Assembly: GCA_001938485.1 (NCBI GenBank)
Contig: MQRK01217748.1
Span: 67,837-130,283 of the forward strand
Length of the DNA: 62,447 nt
Reading direction: 5' to 3'
DNA from: Girardia tigrina
Lineage: Eukaryota
Program-made: the position numbers and the translations under genes
In this document: positions 1-12,416 of the stretch, piece by piece
How positions within the stretch are numbered: position 1 is the first letter of the stretch
Layout of the letters: each line of letters begins with the position of its first letter
The notes under the pieces: model-generated
Seen by the model: only the letters and a program-made list of their open reading frames with translations
Told to the model about the DNA's origin: nothing
Database searches by the model: none

Positions 1-296
1 TTTGATAATTATGAATTTTAATAATATTTTCAGTAAACGATTTTAACTTATTAAATTTAATATTTTTAAAAATTAATGTTTATTTTAAAAATTACATAAT
101 GTATTTTTATCTAATAAAAATTATGAGAAATTAAAATGTAATATTAGTATTTCCCCATTCATCAATTTTTTCATATTTAAATATTTAATCAGAAACTATA
201 TTAATCAAAGAAAGATGACCACTGAAAATTATTGTGAAGAATCTGTTTGTGTTGTAAATAAATGTTTGCATTCAAATTGTGATGATGTTAATACTC
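1..296 (+). repeat. Dispersed AT-rich repeat, copy 1 (other copies ~23605-24052 + and ~53455-53900 -)
   Basis: TTTGATAATTATGAATTTT...GAAAGATGACCACTGAAAATT...GAAGAATCTGTTTGTGTTG recurs nearly identically at 23762-24052 and as reverse complement at 53455-53740. Confidence 0.85.
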
Positions 297-3149
297 ATAA
301 AAAAATTATATTCATGTATCATTTTATTCTTCTGATTTAAAATATTACAAAATATAATAACATCATAAAATTAATTTTTGCAGCTCGTTGTCCTGTTCCG
401 ACATTTTCAAACAATAATAATCTATAAATAAATAAAATTATATTATCGTTTTAAATATTTTAAGTATCTCAAAATTCTTATTACTATTCGTATTTGTTAT
501 TAGAATATAAACAAGAAGTTAATTAGTGGTAAATGGTGGAAAAATACATGATTTATTAATTAAATTTTGTTATTTTTCAATAGGAAACATGTAGAAAATT
601 ATTTATTTTTCCTGTAAATTTATATAAATATTTTCAGACATCATCAAAAGAATTTGCCCCAAAATAATTCTTTTTTACACGAATAAAATTCATTCAAACA
701 AACTTTAAAGAATAAAATTTGGATAGGCAGAATTAATGTAAAAATGTCAACAGGAAAAACGACTGAACTCTTCGAGATCGTCTTTGATCTTCCCCCAAAA
801 AACATTTGTTGAACTCTCAATTTGATCTTCAAATCTTTTTTATTATTATTATTTAATAATATTTTTTATTTCTTAATAATCTTAAATTAGGTAAACAAAA
901 TGTTTTTTCCATACTTCTTTCTAAATAGGAAATAAAAATATTGCTACATCATTAAAACACATTAACTGATGATTAAAACAAATAAATATTGATATATTTT
1001 TTTGATTAATATCATTTTTCAAATAATTAATCAAAATGTTTTCAGATAAAAAAATAATAATATTACATAAAAAAGTTACATAAATATAATTTCTCTAATT
1101 ATTATATTAACTAGAAAAATACTTTTATTATCAATATTTTATAACTGAATTACGGACCATTTTTCACTTTGTAGTAACCTCAATCTTGTAGTAAGTTTAA
1201 CAATTTAAAACATTGTTGACCGATTACGAATTGGTATTAGCTATTTGAATTTGTGGAACCCACATCAATATAGAATACTGCAAAAGCTTTCTTCACCGTG
1301 TTTAGACGTGTCCCTTTTATTATAAAAAAGTTTATTGAAGGTTATTGTAGTGACAACAATTTATTAATTTAACTATTATTAATTTAAGTATTAATTTAAT
1401 TTTAACTAAATTAATTATTAATTAACTAATTTAATTTTATCAAAACTTAATAACAAAAAAATGTGTAAAAAAATACGAAATTTAATTTAAAAAAACAATG
1501 GAGTGAATCGACAACATTAGAACAGAAAAAAATGTCGGAAATTAATTAAAAAAAAGAATTAATTAAATTAATTTTGTTTTAATCATGTAAATAATTCACT
1601 TTCCATTAGATTAATTCGAATCTTTTTAATTGTAATAAACGTTTTCAATATTTTTCAATTATTTTCTTTTTATCTCATTCTGGCATTTTTTACTTGAAGT
1701 TTTCTTTTTACCACAACCTCTATTTATATATACCTATCTCTGACTCTTTCTTAATCTCGATATTATATATTCATATATCTCCATATACATATCAGATCAT
1801 TAGAGGATTTATTCATCGAAAACTGTTTCGATTATCTCACAAAAGTGTTCGACAACTCACCGGATCCCAAAACCTACATAGTCGACATCAGTTTGCCTGA
1901 GCGCCCGTCGCAGAAAATGCTCGAAAGATTATTGATCTCGAAGAACCACTCGAATTTGTTGCGCCATTTCTCTCCATTGATATCAACAATATCGAATATC
2001 TGTCTCGATAAGTTTGCGCATCATATTCGACGGTACCAACGGTAAAGAATTTGATTTCTCCGTTTTATCATCGCGTCTCAGTTCCATCGCCCTCAAATCG
2101 AATCGACGTCGTTCCGGAGCTGTCGGGCAAGATGGCGGCCCCCACTATATCCCAACGCCATGCGAAACCGGTAGGTTACTATTATTTTTGAACGGTTTCT
2201 CGCGAAACATACTCCAGGGTCACTGGTCGGTGCTTGGACCCGTTGAGTCCACAGCGATATGGCGCAGCGTCCCCACTACAGTTATTTATATTGTTTTACT
2301 TCCACAGTGAATTACGAAAACATAGTCGATGATCTCAGGTAGATTGAACATAAAATTGTCAGTCAACAATGTTATAAAATAAGAGATATTTTCAATAAAT
2401 AAACAAAAAATAACCGAAAATCTAAGAATATCTCTTACATCTTTCATTCAGAAAATGCAATATGGGTTTATAAAAATGTTTTCAATTAAATGAAGTCGGT
2501 TACAAAATATTTCTGTATCATGTAATTGAGGAATATTTCAAGACGAGTGGGAGTTTTGTTTGGAGGGGCGACATTATATGCAATGAATAATTTCTGTTTC
2601 TAACAATTATATATTTTTATATTATATTTGGTGAAAATATTTCAAAATTTTATTTTGATTTTAAACAGAATTTTATCTGAAGCCATACAAAAATGAAATC
2701 AAAATATAGATGTTCTTAAAAAATTGCTTTAAGAAATTTTATGTTAGAATTGTTTATTTTTTATGTTTTGCAATTCGATTTTTAATGTTGATAAGCAAGG
2801 AAACGGAGAGTCGTAAATGTTGTGAATTTTGAACCAGTATCCCTTTACTGCGGTTAGATTATCACTCTAAAACGAATAAATCTGTACAAAATAAGAGTAA
2901 TGAGAGAAATATATTTTTAGAGTGTCAAAACTTTATATAAATAAATAAAGCTTATGTCTAATTTAAAATATATATAATTTATATATACAGAATTAGTGAA
3001 CAACAAATAGTACGTATAAAAACGGGCATATTTTGAAGAAATAATTTTGAAGAAGGGAACTATTACTTTGAACAATCATCTGAAATGTAAAAAAAATATT
3101 TTAAACTTGATATGTGGAATTTAGTATTTGGAATATCTTGCAGAAGAAG

Positions 3150-3300
3150 ATGTTCAGTAAAATCTATGATCTTTTGCAGTCAAATTACCTACATGACTCC
3201 CGATCTCAGATAACTGTTGAATATTGGGTCACAGAGTTTAAAGGTGGTTACACTTCCGTTTTTGATCAAGAAATATCAGGTCGGTCACCAGAAATCTTTT
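3150..3300 (+). pseudogene. Mariner transposase N-terminal HTH fragment
   Basis: Translation TVEYWVTEFKGGYTSVFDQEISGRSP matches the mariner TVxxWxxxFKxGxxSxxDxxRSGRP pattern. Confidence 0.6.
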
Positions 3301-3354
3301 ACGCAGTTTGTTGGGTATTAAAAATCTTTAATATAATTATTTACTTTTAAACCA

Positions 3355-3440
3355 CAAATCTTAAATCTTTAATCTTTAATCATAAATCTTTATTCTTTAA
3401 TCTGAAATCTTTAATCTGAAATCTTAAATCTTTAATCTGA
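3355..3440. repeat. Degenerate 7-bp tandem repeat (AATCTTT/AAATCTT)
   Basis: About 12 consecutive imperfect units are directly visible. Confidence 0.75.
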
Positions 3441-4029
3441 CTCCAATTAATCAGAAAGGACTTCCAACATAAATATGTAGACAATGAACACAATTTCTTT
3501 TATGAAACTTTATTTCAAATAAAAAATATTAACAAGTCAAAAATAATAATAATAATTCAATTCTTGATGACAGAATACAAGCACAAAACAATATTTCGTA
3601 AGAGTTAATAGATTACAGTAAAAACTGTGAATCTCCAAAACGAACGAATGTTTAAATTTAAATTAAACCTTTGTCTCCCATACGGGATACTTATGGTTTA
3701 AAAAGAATAATAAATAATAAAATAATTCTATAAAATGAGTTTACTTTGCTTCCTTTTGTTTTAGATGAGAGAATTTTTTGGCAAACTAAACTAAATTTGC
3801 TGCTGTTTATATAGTAATTTTCATCAGCCTTGAAAATTGATACAATAAAACAAAGACTAAAATATTTTTAATTTTCAATTCCAAATTTTGATAAACTAAA
3901 TATTATTTTGTTTGAAATTAATAATTTTATCAAAAGAATTATTTTAAATTTTTTTCTACATAAAATTTTATCAAAAGTGTTCATATGTATATTTCGGAAC
4001 CCTAACAAGTTGATGAAAATTTTGAGAAG

Positions 4030-4900
4030 GTTGTCCAAGAAGAGCGTCAAAATACAATAAAATGCTGTCAATCAAACTCAGCATCAGTGTTGGTACAGCT
4101 CATTCAAAATTGAAATACTTGAGTATCAGAAATCTGTTGTCCAGATTCGTACGCCGCTCCATGACTGATGAAATAATGCTAAACAGCTTAGAAGGCATAC
4201 AAAATTACTCTTACCTGTTGGACAAGCATAGTAAGACTTTCCTGGTAAATTTCATAACGTAGGATGAAACCTCACTCTGTATGTATTTGGGGCTAACACA
4301 ACATGAATCAGTATATTTGAATCTTTCAGGAAAAAGCGAACGGAAACAAGTCATGAACGAACGATAGTGCTTTTTATTTTCTAGAATCATAAAGATATTA
4401 TTCTCATGGATTTCGCGGATAAAAGTATCACCATCAACGGTGCCTATTAAAGCCAACTCATGGCAATCGCCAAGAACAGTCTGATGAACAGTCTGATTCA
4501 GGAGAACGAAAACAGGACGGAACACCTGAACGGTGATATGAATCGAGAGAGGATACAACACAGGGAAACAATCGCCAAGAAGAATAGACGAAATGAGAAG
4601 AACACGTCGCTATGATTTTTCTATGAAAATGTGCCAGTGCAAACAGTGGCATTTTCAGGCCACAATTGAAGGAGCTGTGCTAGTGCTATGGATCATCCAC
4701 CCGATTTGACACCGAACGATTTTTACTTCTTCAGACACATAATAAAGCGTTTGCGAGGGATTCAGAAGAGGATTTCTTCACCGCATACCCAAATAATTTA
4801 TGTTACATAATTTAGATAATATATGTTAGGCTTGTTGTATTTTAAAAATGACCCTTTTTGGAATTCGTATTCAGGTCGAGTACTTATTGAATGTACAACA
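4030..4900 (+). mobile_element. Degenerate mariner (irritans-like) remnant
   Basis: Fragments read LSISVGTAHSKL, IT*DET and HPPDLTPNDFYFFRHIIKRLRG; 3' end TACTTATTGAATGTAC resembles the TIR of the 20422-21585 element. Confidence 0.6.
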
Positions 4901-5252
4901 TATATCTTTTTTTCATTAATGTTTAAATAAATAAAAGACTGAAATATTTTTTTTAAATTTAATCCTTTACGTTAAGTATAAAACTTGTGTTATATAATTT
5001 TATTTTTCCGAAACATTTTTAGTTGGAGAGTAATTTTAATGATAGAAGATAAAGTTTTAAAGGTTAATAATAGAAATAATAGTTAATAATAGCAAGATGA
5101 ACTTCATAATACTTTATTGCTGTGGACAAAAATCCATTAGGAATGTCCAAAGAAGTTGAAATGGTAAAATAAGTTTTAAACATTAATAGTTTTTAAAAAA
5201 TTGTGTCTTTCTATTTTATTTTTCATAGCAATCAACAATTAAATCTAAAAGA

Positions 5253-5255
<3 letters not shown>

Positions 5256-5299
<44 letters not shown>
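5256..5299. repeat. (TA)n microsatellite (others at ~15985-16040, 26582-26775, 49390-49426, 55999-56027, 56780-56811)
   Basis: Directly visible. Confidence 0.95.
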
Positions 5300-5303
<4 letters not shown>

Positions 5304-5884
5304 TATTTCTAAAAATCTTTTAAATGATTACATTAGTATTTCAATATTCTTTTAAAACTGAGATTAGCAAAAGCTATACATCTTCTACGTTAATTAATAA
5401 ATGTTTTATTTGATGCCCGAGGATATTTTGAAATAATTAATAATTAATTAGGTTTTGAGTATAAATTCAAACAGGTTTGAAAATAAAAATTGTATTTGCT
5501 AAAATAGATTTCTCATTTGATAATTACTCGAATAACGAAAATTCAAAAATGAATTGGAAAACAATTTCCTTGATTAATTAATAAATGTCCTTCATGACAA
5601 TTTAAATAAAATAGTGAAAGAGGAATATAGAAATATAAATAACTTGAAAATAAATTAATATGTCCTCCAGCAAGGCTTTTACAATTCTCGTTGCAAACAG
5701 CGTGGTACTAAAAGACGTCTAAGTAAACTATAAAATTATATGAATGCCAAAGGTAAATGACACTATGAAAAGGAAAATTTATTAAGAAATAATATTAAAA
5801 GGATTTGATTAATTTTGACTTTTTGCTGTTTATATATACATTTCAGTGATATGACCTTTTTTAAAAGTTAAAAATTTATTTAAA

Positions 5885-6600
5885 AAAACATATATTTCAA
5901 CGACTTAACCGCCATCATCAAATCATGGCTTAGAAAATGTTTAATTTTGTAATCCCTCATAAAATTACATGAAAATTCCTGACACAGTAAACAGGATCGA
6001 TTCAACGAGTTTGTTTATGGTTTTATCTTTACTTTACTTTTAAATTGATATTACTTTATCATCTTTAAAAATTTTTTTCCCATTTTGAATAATTATTATT
6101 TGGTTATGTTGTTTTATTATTAATGATTCACAGAACTAAAACTGTCACAATGTGGAATCAAAGAACTTCTGGAAAACACAAAATTCATCCTTAGAAACAG
6201 AAGAGATTCAATTTTAAAGTGTAACGAATGATCAAGAATCTTACTCGATCGACTTGATTGTAAATTCTCAGTAATTTGGATTTTGAGATGACGATTTGTC
6301 TCTCAAATTTACGAGTTTGCATATTGCAAATCGTTTTCGATTTACTAGAGAAGTTTTGAACTTTGAATAACATTGAAACCACTTTGACACTACTTATAAT
6401 CGTACAAAATATACTTCTTAGAGGTATTTAACCCTGCTGAATATGGTATTTAATTGAATCTATGATGTTCTTCAATGTTTTCTTCCTAATATTCATTCTT
6501 TTGTATGTATACATCATTTATCCAATGTAACTTTAAGGTTTTAATAAATCTGTTTGTTTCGGTACATCTTGCTCCTCATGTTTAAAATAAAGCTGTTGGG
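5885..6600 (-). mobile_element. Decayed Penelope-like element 3' fragment with degenerate hammerhead at ~5889-5926
   Basis: VSMLFKVQNFSSKSKTICNMQ resembles VSVTSKVQSFLSNKSKTVCDLQ of the PLE at 11259-11717; minus strand reads TTGATGA-T-GGCGG-TTAAG-TCGTT-GAAA-TATA-T. Confidence 0.55.
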
Positions 6601-7014
6601 TTCTTGATCAAGATTATAATTCATTAACACCAAAAATTTATTAATAACACAATTAACAATTATTCAAACAATTTTTAGTTAACAATTTTTTTTAATAAAA
6701 AAATTGTTTGCCGAGGAACTTTTTCGTTTTCTTTTTGACCAGATTTTTTATATAAAAATATGAAATTATAAATATAAATAAACTGATAAGTTATTTTAAA
6801 ATTGAAAAATTTTTATTCTATTTATTCTGAAAATTTACATTCCACTATTTATAAATTAAAACCAACATAATTTTATAGTCATATTTTTACTAAATTAACC
6901 ATAATGATTTTTTATTATTTTAGAATTAGTTTAATGTTATTTCTTTTTTTGTGAAACATTAATAAAGATTTTAATAAACAAAAATAACACCATTTTAATT
7001 TTAAATTTTTATTT

Positions 7015-7051
7015 GAAAACATGTTTCGCCACTTTGTGGCATCTTCAGTTC
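7015..7051 (-). ncRNA. Minimal type I hammerhead ribozyme motif (PLE pLTR)
   Basis: Minus strand GAA-CTGAAGA-T-GCCAC-AAA-GTGGC-GAAA-CATG-T-T-TTC: intact core, perfect 5-bp stem II, palindromic ACATGT stem III, 3-bp stem I. Confidence 0.8.
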
Positions 7052-7407
7052 TGTATTTAATTAGAAAGTTATTGTTTATATAGAAAGATGACCATTACGT
7101 CACAGTTTGTTACGTCAAAATACTCTAATATGATTGGACGAATCACTTTGCACATTTAGACTAGGTTTAAGAAACTTTATCAAGAGTGCTTCAGTAATTG
7201 TCCTTTCATAATTGTGATCAAAGTTANNNNNNNNNNNNNNNNNNNNNNNNNNNNNNNNNNNNNNNNNNNNNNNNNNGTTTAAGAAACTTTATCAAGAGTG
7301 CTTCAGTAATTGTCCTTTCATAATTGTGATCAAAGTTACTAATCAAAACCCGAAAATCATTATCAAATACTCTCCTTTGAGTTCCATGACATTTCTAATT
7401 AAATACA

Positions 7408-7445
7408 GAACTGAAGATGCCACAAAAGTGACGAAACATGTTTTC
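7408..7445 (+). ncRNA. Minimal type I hammerhead ribozyme motif (inverted pLTR copy)
   Basis: GAA-CTGAAGA-T-GCCAC-AAAA-GTGAC-GAAA-CATG-T-T-TTC; one mismatch in stem II. Confidence 0.75.
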
Positions 7446-8439
7446 AAATAAAAATTTAAAATTAAAATGGTGTTATTTTTGTTTATTGACGAAATTGCCA
7501 TTTGATTTAAAGAAACTTAATTTATTTAAAGATTTTAATGTTTTTTTATTATCAATATTTCAGTTAAAAGCATTTTTTACCTACAATTATTTTAAATACT
7601 GAGTTAGGAAATGTTGATGTGTGCGAAGAGTAAGATGATGAAGATATATATGACATAATTAACCTATGAGATAATTACTGAGAGTATGATGAGAGTTGTA
7701 GTGTGTGATGTGTATGTTGAGTATGCATGTGAATTTGTTAATGTGTATGTTGAGTATGCGTGCGAATTCACCAATTGGAAAGCTTCAGAAGTCGTGTAAT
7801 AGTATTTTTACGTATTTCCCCAGATGACGTGATACAATAACTATAAATGAACGGGGTTGTGTGTTTTGAAATACAAATTGTAATATCGTTGAATTATTTA
7901 ATTATTGATTATAGCGACAGAACTAACAAATACCATACAAATTTTAGATACGATTTAAATACAACAAAATAATTTACAATATCCAATTTTTTATTATTAT
8001 TACGATATATTAATCATAAAAGTCTTAATATTTATTTCTATTTACGAAAACTGTTTATTTGTTAAATCTTTAATTTGCAGAATTTCAAACTAACTTTAAA
8101 ATTTAAAATTATCTGTTTTTTTTACTTTACAACTCTGGCAACAAAGTTTCTTATTTTATTTTTTAGAATAGCTTTTAAAATTAGTAAAACATAATTATCC
8201 TTGTCTTTATATATTTCTTTTAAATCCATTATTTCCCAATTAATTTCGTTTTAAGTTTTTACTCTACAATTAAAATTTGATTATTTTCGAAAATAACTTT
8301 TTTAAATTAATTAAGATATATATATATATATTTCTACTTAAACTTGCTTTAAAAACTTTTGATTTTAAATATTTAATTATTTTAGAAATTCTTTATAAAA
8401 ATAATTTTGTTTCAAAAATTTTGAAATTGAACCCGACCT

Positions 8440-8536
8440 TCACAAATGCTTTAAACATGATTTGCAATTTCAAAACTGGAAGAAAAATTTAAAACTCTGT
8501 GAACTAGGCCCTTCCTCATACTCTCTCTATATTTTT
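8440..8536 (-). mobile_element. Short Penelope-like fragment
   Basis: ATGATTTGCAATTTCAAAACTGGA...CTCTCTATATTTTT is similar to 11688-11767. Confidence 0.6.
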
Positions 8537-10034
8537 AATATTTAAAACACTTATAAACACAAAAGACGTTATCATCAGAATTCATTTGTTTTCAAATTAT
8601 AATGGCAGATGATAAAATATAAAACTTAAAAACGGTCAATAATCACTTTTCTTGCAAATCTTTTACTTAATTATTTTTCAATATACATAAATATATGTAG
8701 TTATATATTTAATAAATTTATATTTTGTTTATTCAAAATAAAAAAAATAGATAGCCATTGATTTACCTAATATTTAATCCAGACATAATCGGCTTTTAAT
8801 ATAAATAATTAATTATTTTAAATTAATGTCAGAAATGCGACTATTAAAGCGTATAATTTTGTATGTTATGGATAGAAAAATTATAATCTACACTTTTTCA
8901 TACCCGTATGAACTGATGAATATAGCGCTATAACATTACTTGCTTGAATGTTTTAGTAACAAAATATACAATTGTAACAATTTTTTTTCTCTAAGACCTT
9001 TGAATTTATATTAATATATTTATATACATATTTCAGCAAACTTTATTAATGTCAATATTATTATTATAAACATTATCTTTATTTCTATACATATTTGAAA
9101 AACATTTAGAAGTATTCAAAATAAATAAATATTCAAATAGAATATGGAAACCCTTGGGAGGTTTTATAATGCTTTCTTAATGTTTATTTGTAGTTAATAT
9201 TCGAGGGATTATAAACTTTTAAACATAAGATTATATTGTCATATCTAACTTACAGACTGATATTAAAGTATTAAATTGAAATATTAAATTTTAATTTTAA
9301 TCTTTCAATTGTTTTTCTTTTAGGTCAGAATTATTGAAAATAAAACTAGTATTAATAATATAATATTATTTCAACAAAATATGGGGAATTGCTCTTTAAT
9401 TGCATTATCAAACTAAAATCTCAAGGGGGTTTTCCTATGAAGGGTAAAGAGTCTTTTGCAACTTTCAGAAAGTTTGAATTAGTTTTAAAATATCAATAAT
9501 CGATACAAAATTGGATTTTTTAGTATCATTATTTAATAAAATATTCTTATATTATTTTCAACAAGAAATATCAAAATGTTCTCAAGATATTCATGGACTC
9601 AGTCTCATGTTCTGTCGGTTCTCGATTCTTGAAAAAATCAGTGTAAATGATTTTTTTATGAATAATTTTTGATTCATTGATCTGTAGTGTAGAAAGAATA
9701 CAAAGTGATATTATGTTATTAAAAACTTTAAACGGGAATGAATATTTGAACATTTCGTATATTCCTCAAAATCACATTTGAAATAGAATGTCCTAATTAT
9801 TTTATAAAAATCAACTCGTTTTGTATGTGAATTTAAGATTTTGAAAAATTATATTTCAACGCTTCATCTAAAAGTAAATGAGAAGACTTTTAATGACAAA
9901 AAGATTTTATACATTACAATTTATTTATAGATATTTATTATTATAATATCCCCTCAAATTTCAACTTTTATCTGGTTTGTAACTCTTATGTTTGTTATAT
10001 GTTCTTGGAACATCCTCAGAATTATTCATAGAAG

Positions 10035-10619
10035 TTAATTTTGATATATATATACATACATATATTGATCCGCCCTACACTCAGGTTGCCCCGAGAATCG
10101 GACGGAGGTAACAGAGTTGCGAAGGGAAACTTTCTCGTTGTGCTGTGCCCGTTTTAAATTGATTTGATACTCGTGATCTTTTTCTAAATCGATATTTTTC
10201 ACCGAATATTTAGAATTAGCAGAAACGACATCGTCAATCGAAAGATCTTCCAACTGTAAATCCTCATCGGTCTCGTTTGGCCACACGGAAATCAACCGAT
10301 AAATGTCATCAAAGAATTGATTCGCTTTGCTCGCATCCGTGTGCCAGTACGGATTTACCAGTCGCTGCAGGATATAGCAAAATAGAAAAATCAGATTGAA
10401 TTTCTTGTGGCAAGTCTCAATTAAGCGAGAGAGACACCTGCAGTATTCGGCAATCGGATCATCGATTTGTGGCTCGTAAATACTGAAATAACTGCATCGG
10501 GAGAGCCCGGTTTTTCTCGAGACACTGTCGAATATGTTATTCAAATCGCTGATTCGTTTCATCTCGATAAAACTCCAAAGAAAAATGATAAAGAAAAAGA
10601 AAATGATAAGCAAAGACAA
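10035..10619 (-). other. CpG-rich 194-codon open frame ending in a hairpin terminus shared with 30738-30830 (putative Helitron-like cargo)
   Basis: Unusually long ORF for this AT content; 10065-10154 is homologous to 30738-30826; GCAA-loop hairpin at 10069-10106. Confidence 0.45.
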
Positions 10620-10894
10620 TTTCTATCGACCATTTCTTTTTATTTAAATTTTCATCTGATCTATTTAAACAAATTCTCTTTTACAATTTTTGCATTTATC
10701 TTTTTTAAAAAATAAACTATTAAAATTAATTTCAGACTAAGATTTTTACAAAATGTTCATCATAAGAAAAGAAACCCAATTTGAATAATCAGAAAGGTTT
10801 TTTTTAGTTTTTTTAAGGTAAATGAGGAAAAGAAAGCGTGGGATATATATTATATATCGAAAATATAATTTGATTAAAGCTTTTTTTATATAAT

Positions 10895-10938
10895 TATTGA
10901 ACATGTTTCGATGTTTACATATATCATCATCTGCAATT
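10895..10938 (-). ncRNA. Hammerhead ribozyme motif, degenerate core (U4A)
   Basis: Minus strand AATTG-CAGATGA-T-GATAT-ATGTAA-ACATC-GAAA-CATG-T-T-CAATA. Confidence 0.65.
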
Positions 10939-12372
10939 TTCGTATGTTTAGTATATGAATATTGAATTGTTTGAAAAATACAATTTTAAAAGATACATTT
11001 ACTCTAAAAGGTAACGAAGAAATTAATTATTATTATTTATCAAAGTATTATTGAGTAATAATGGTAAAATATATTTTAATTAAAAATTTTATTGGAACTT
11101 GGTACCATGGCCGTACATGCCGTTGGCTGTTACGGTGGACGCGTAACAACCGCAAAATGGGCACTTAAATTGTCCTCTTGCAGTCTTGTAATCGGCTGGC
11201 AGTCGGTATTGTAGGTGCGTCTCTCCGGCATCGTCGTTCGCCTGTATCCTCGGCATGCTCAAAGTTGCGTCCGGCAACTGAGGATTGGATTGGTTTGATG
11301 TCGGCTCTTCCTCGTTCTCTTCTTCCAAGTTTTCTTCTCTCCGATGTACGAGTTTTGACACCAGTGACAATTAAATTTATATACCAGATTAGCTTGCAAA
11401 TCACAAACTGTTTTCGATTTATTTGAGAGGAAACTTTGAACTTTGGATGTGACAGAGACTACTTTAGCACTACTTATTGTTCTACAAATACTCTTCTTAA
11501 ACAATCTAAATCCTTCAGAATATGGAATTTTAATGTCTTGTTTGTATTCTTTAGTATTTTCTTCTTTTAATTGTTTTTTATCTCGTGCATCTGTACATAA
11601 TTTGTCTAATGTTACCCTAATGTTGTGTTCTATTTGCTTATTTGTATACATATTGTCCTTCAAGCGTCTTCTAAGAATATTTAAACCATGATTTGCAATT
11701 TCAAAACTGGACGACAAATTTCAAACTCTGAGAACAAGCCCTTTTATCATACCCTCTCTATATTTTTCCTCACAAAACTCTGTGATGTTGTGTAAAGATC
11801 TGTATCTGTTGCCTTTCTGAATAATTCAGTTTTTTAACCTCCATTCATCCTAGTGACAAGAATATCCAGAAAGGGAAGTTTATTATCTACTTCCAATTCT
11901 GTGGTAAATTTAATATTCGGATGAAGACTATTCATGAATGTTAGGAATGGTTCTATGAGGGATTGATTTCTGAAAACCAAAAAGACATCATCCACATATC
12001 TCTTATACAACACAGGTTTTTCACCAGGGTATGCATTCATTTTATCCTCAAGTGACTTCATAAATATTGATGCCAAAGTTGGTGCTAATGGGGAACCCAT
12101 TGCGAAACCATCTTCCTGAATGTACCATTCATCATTAAAAAGAAAAGGTACATTTTTGGCACAAAATTTAGGAAGTTCTTTCAGTGCCTGCTTGTTCATT
12201 ATTTTATTCACAGAGCTATAGTTGTCATCCCACATCTTTTCACACAAATCAATGGTTTCATCGATAGGTACGTTTGTGAATAAACTGGAGACATCAAATG
12301 AGACCATACACTCAGAATCACTTTTCGGTACCTGATTCAAACAATTCAATATTCATTTACTAAATATCCGAA

Positions 12373-12416
12373 TATTGCTGATGATGATGTATGTAAACAA
12401 CGAAACGAGTCCAATA
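12373..12416 (+). ncRNA. Minimal type I hammerhead ribozyme motif (inverted pLTR)
   Basis: TATTG-CTGATGA-T-GATGT-ATGTAA-ACAAC-GAAA-CGAG-T-C-CAATA: intact core, 5-bp stem I, GUC site. Confidence 0.75.

Larger units (their letters stand above)
6973..7487 (-). mobile_element. 5'-truncated Penelope-like element: GIY-YIG C-terminus flanked by inverted pseudo-LTR copies
   Basis: 6973-7067 is the reverse complement of ~7393-7487; internal minus strand reads ERTITEALLIKFLKPSLNVQ (PLE EALxIxxxxPxLN motif); spans a 50-N gap whose flanks overlap. Confidence 0.8.

Noticed and set aside
4481-4520. CTGATGA...GAAA possible hammerhead
   Set aside because: No convincing stem I or III, and it lies inside a mariner remnant.
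5095-5255. Exon-intron-exon-like pattern (GTAAAAT...TTTCATAG)
   Set aside because: Too short, with no recognisable protein; splice-like motifs are frequent in AT-rich DNA.
7165-7338. 62-bp direct repeat flanking the N gap
   Set aside because: Identical sequence on both sides of a fixed 50-N gap is typical of unmerged overlapping contig ends.
8912-8945. CTGATGA followed by the palindrome TATAGCGCTATA
   Set aside because: No GAAA core follows.
9485-9530. Minus-strand NPILY as candidate GPCR TM7 exon
   Set aside because: Lacks WLGY/NS context and is bounded by stops; chance match in AT-rich DNA.
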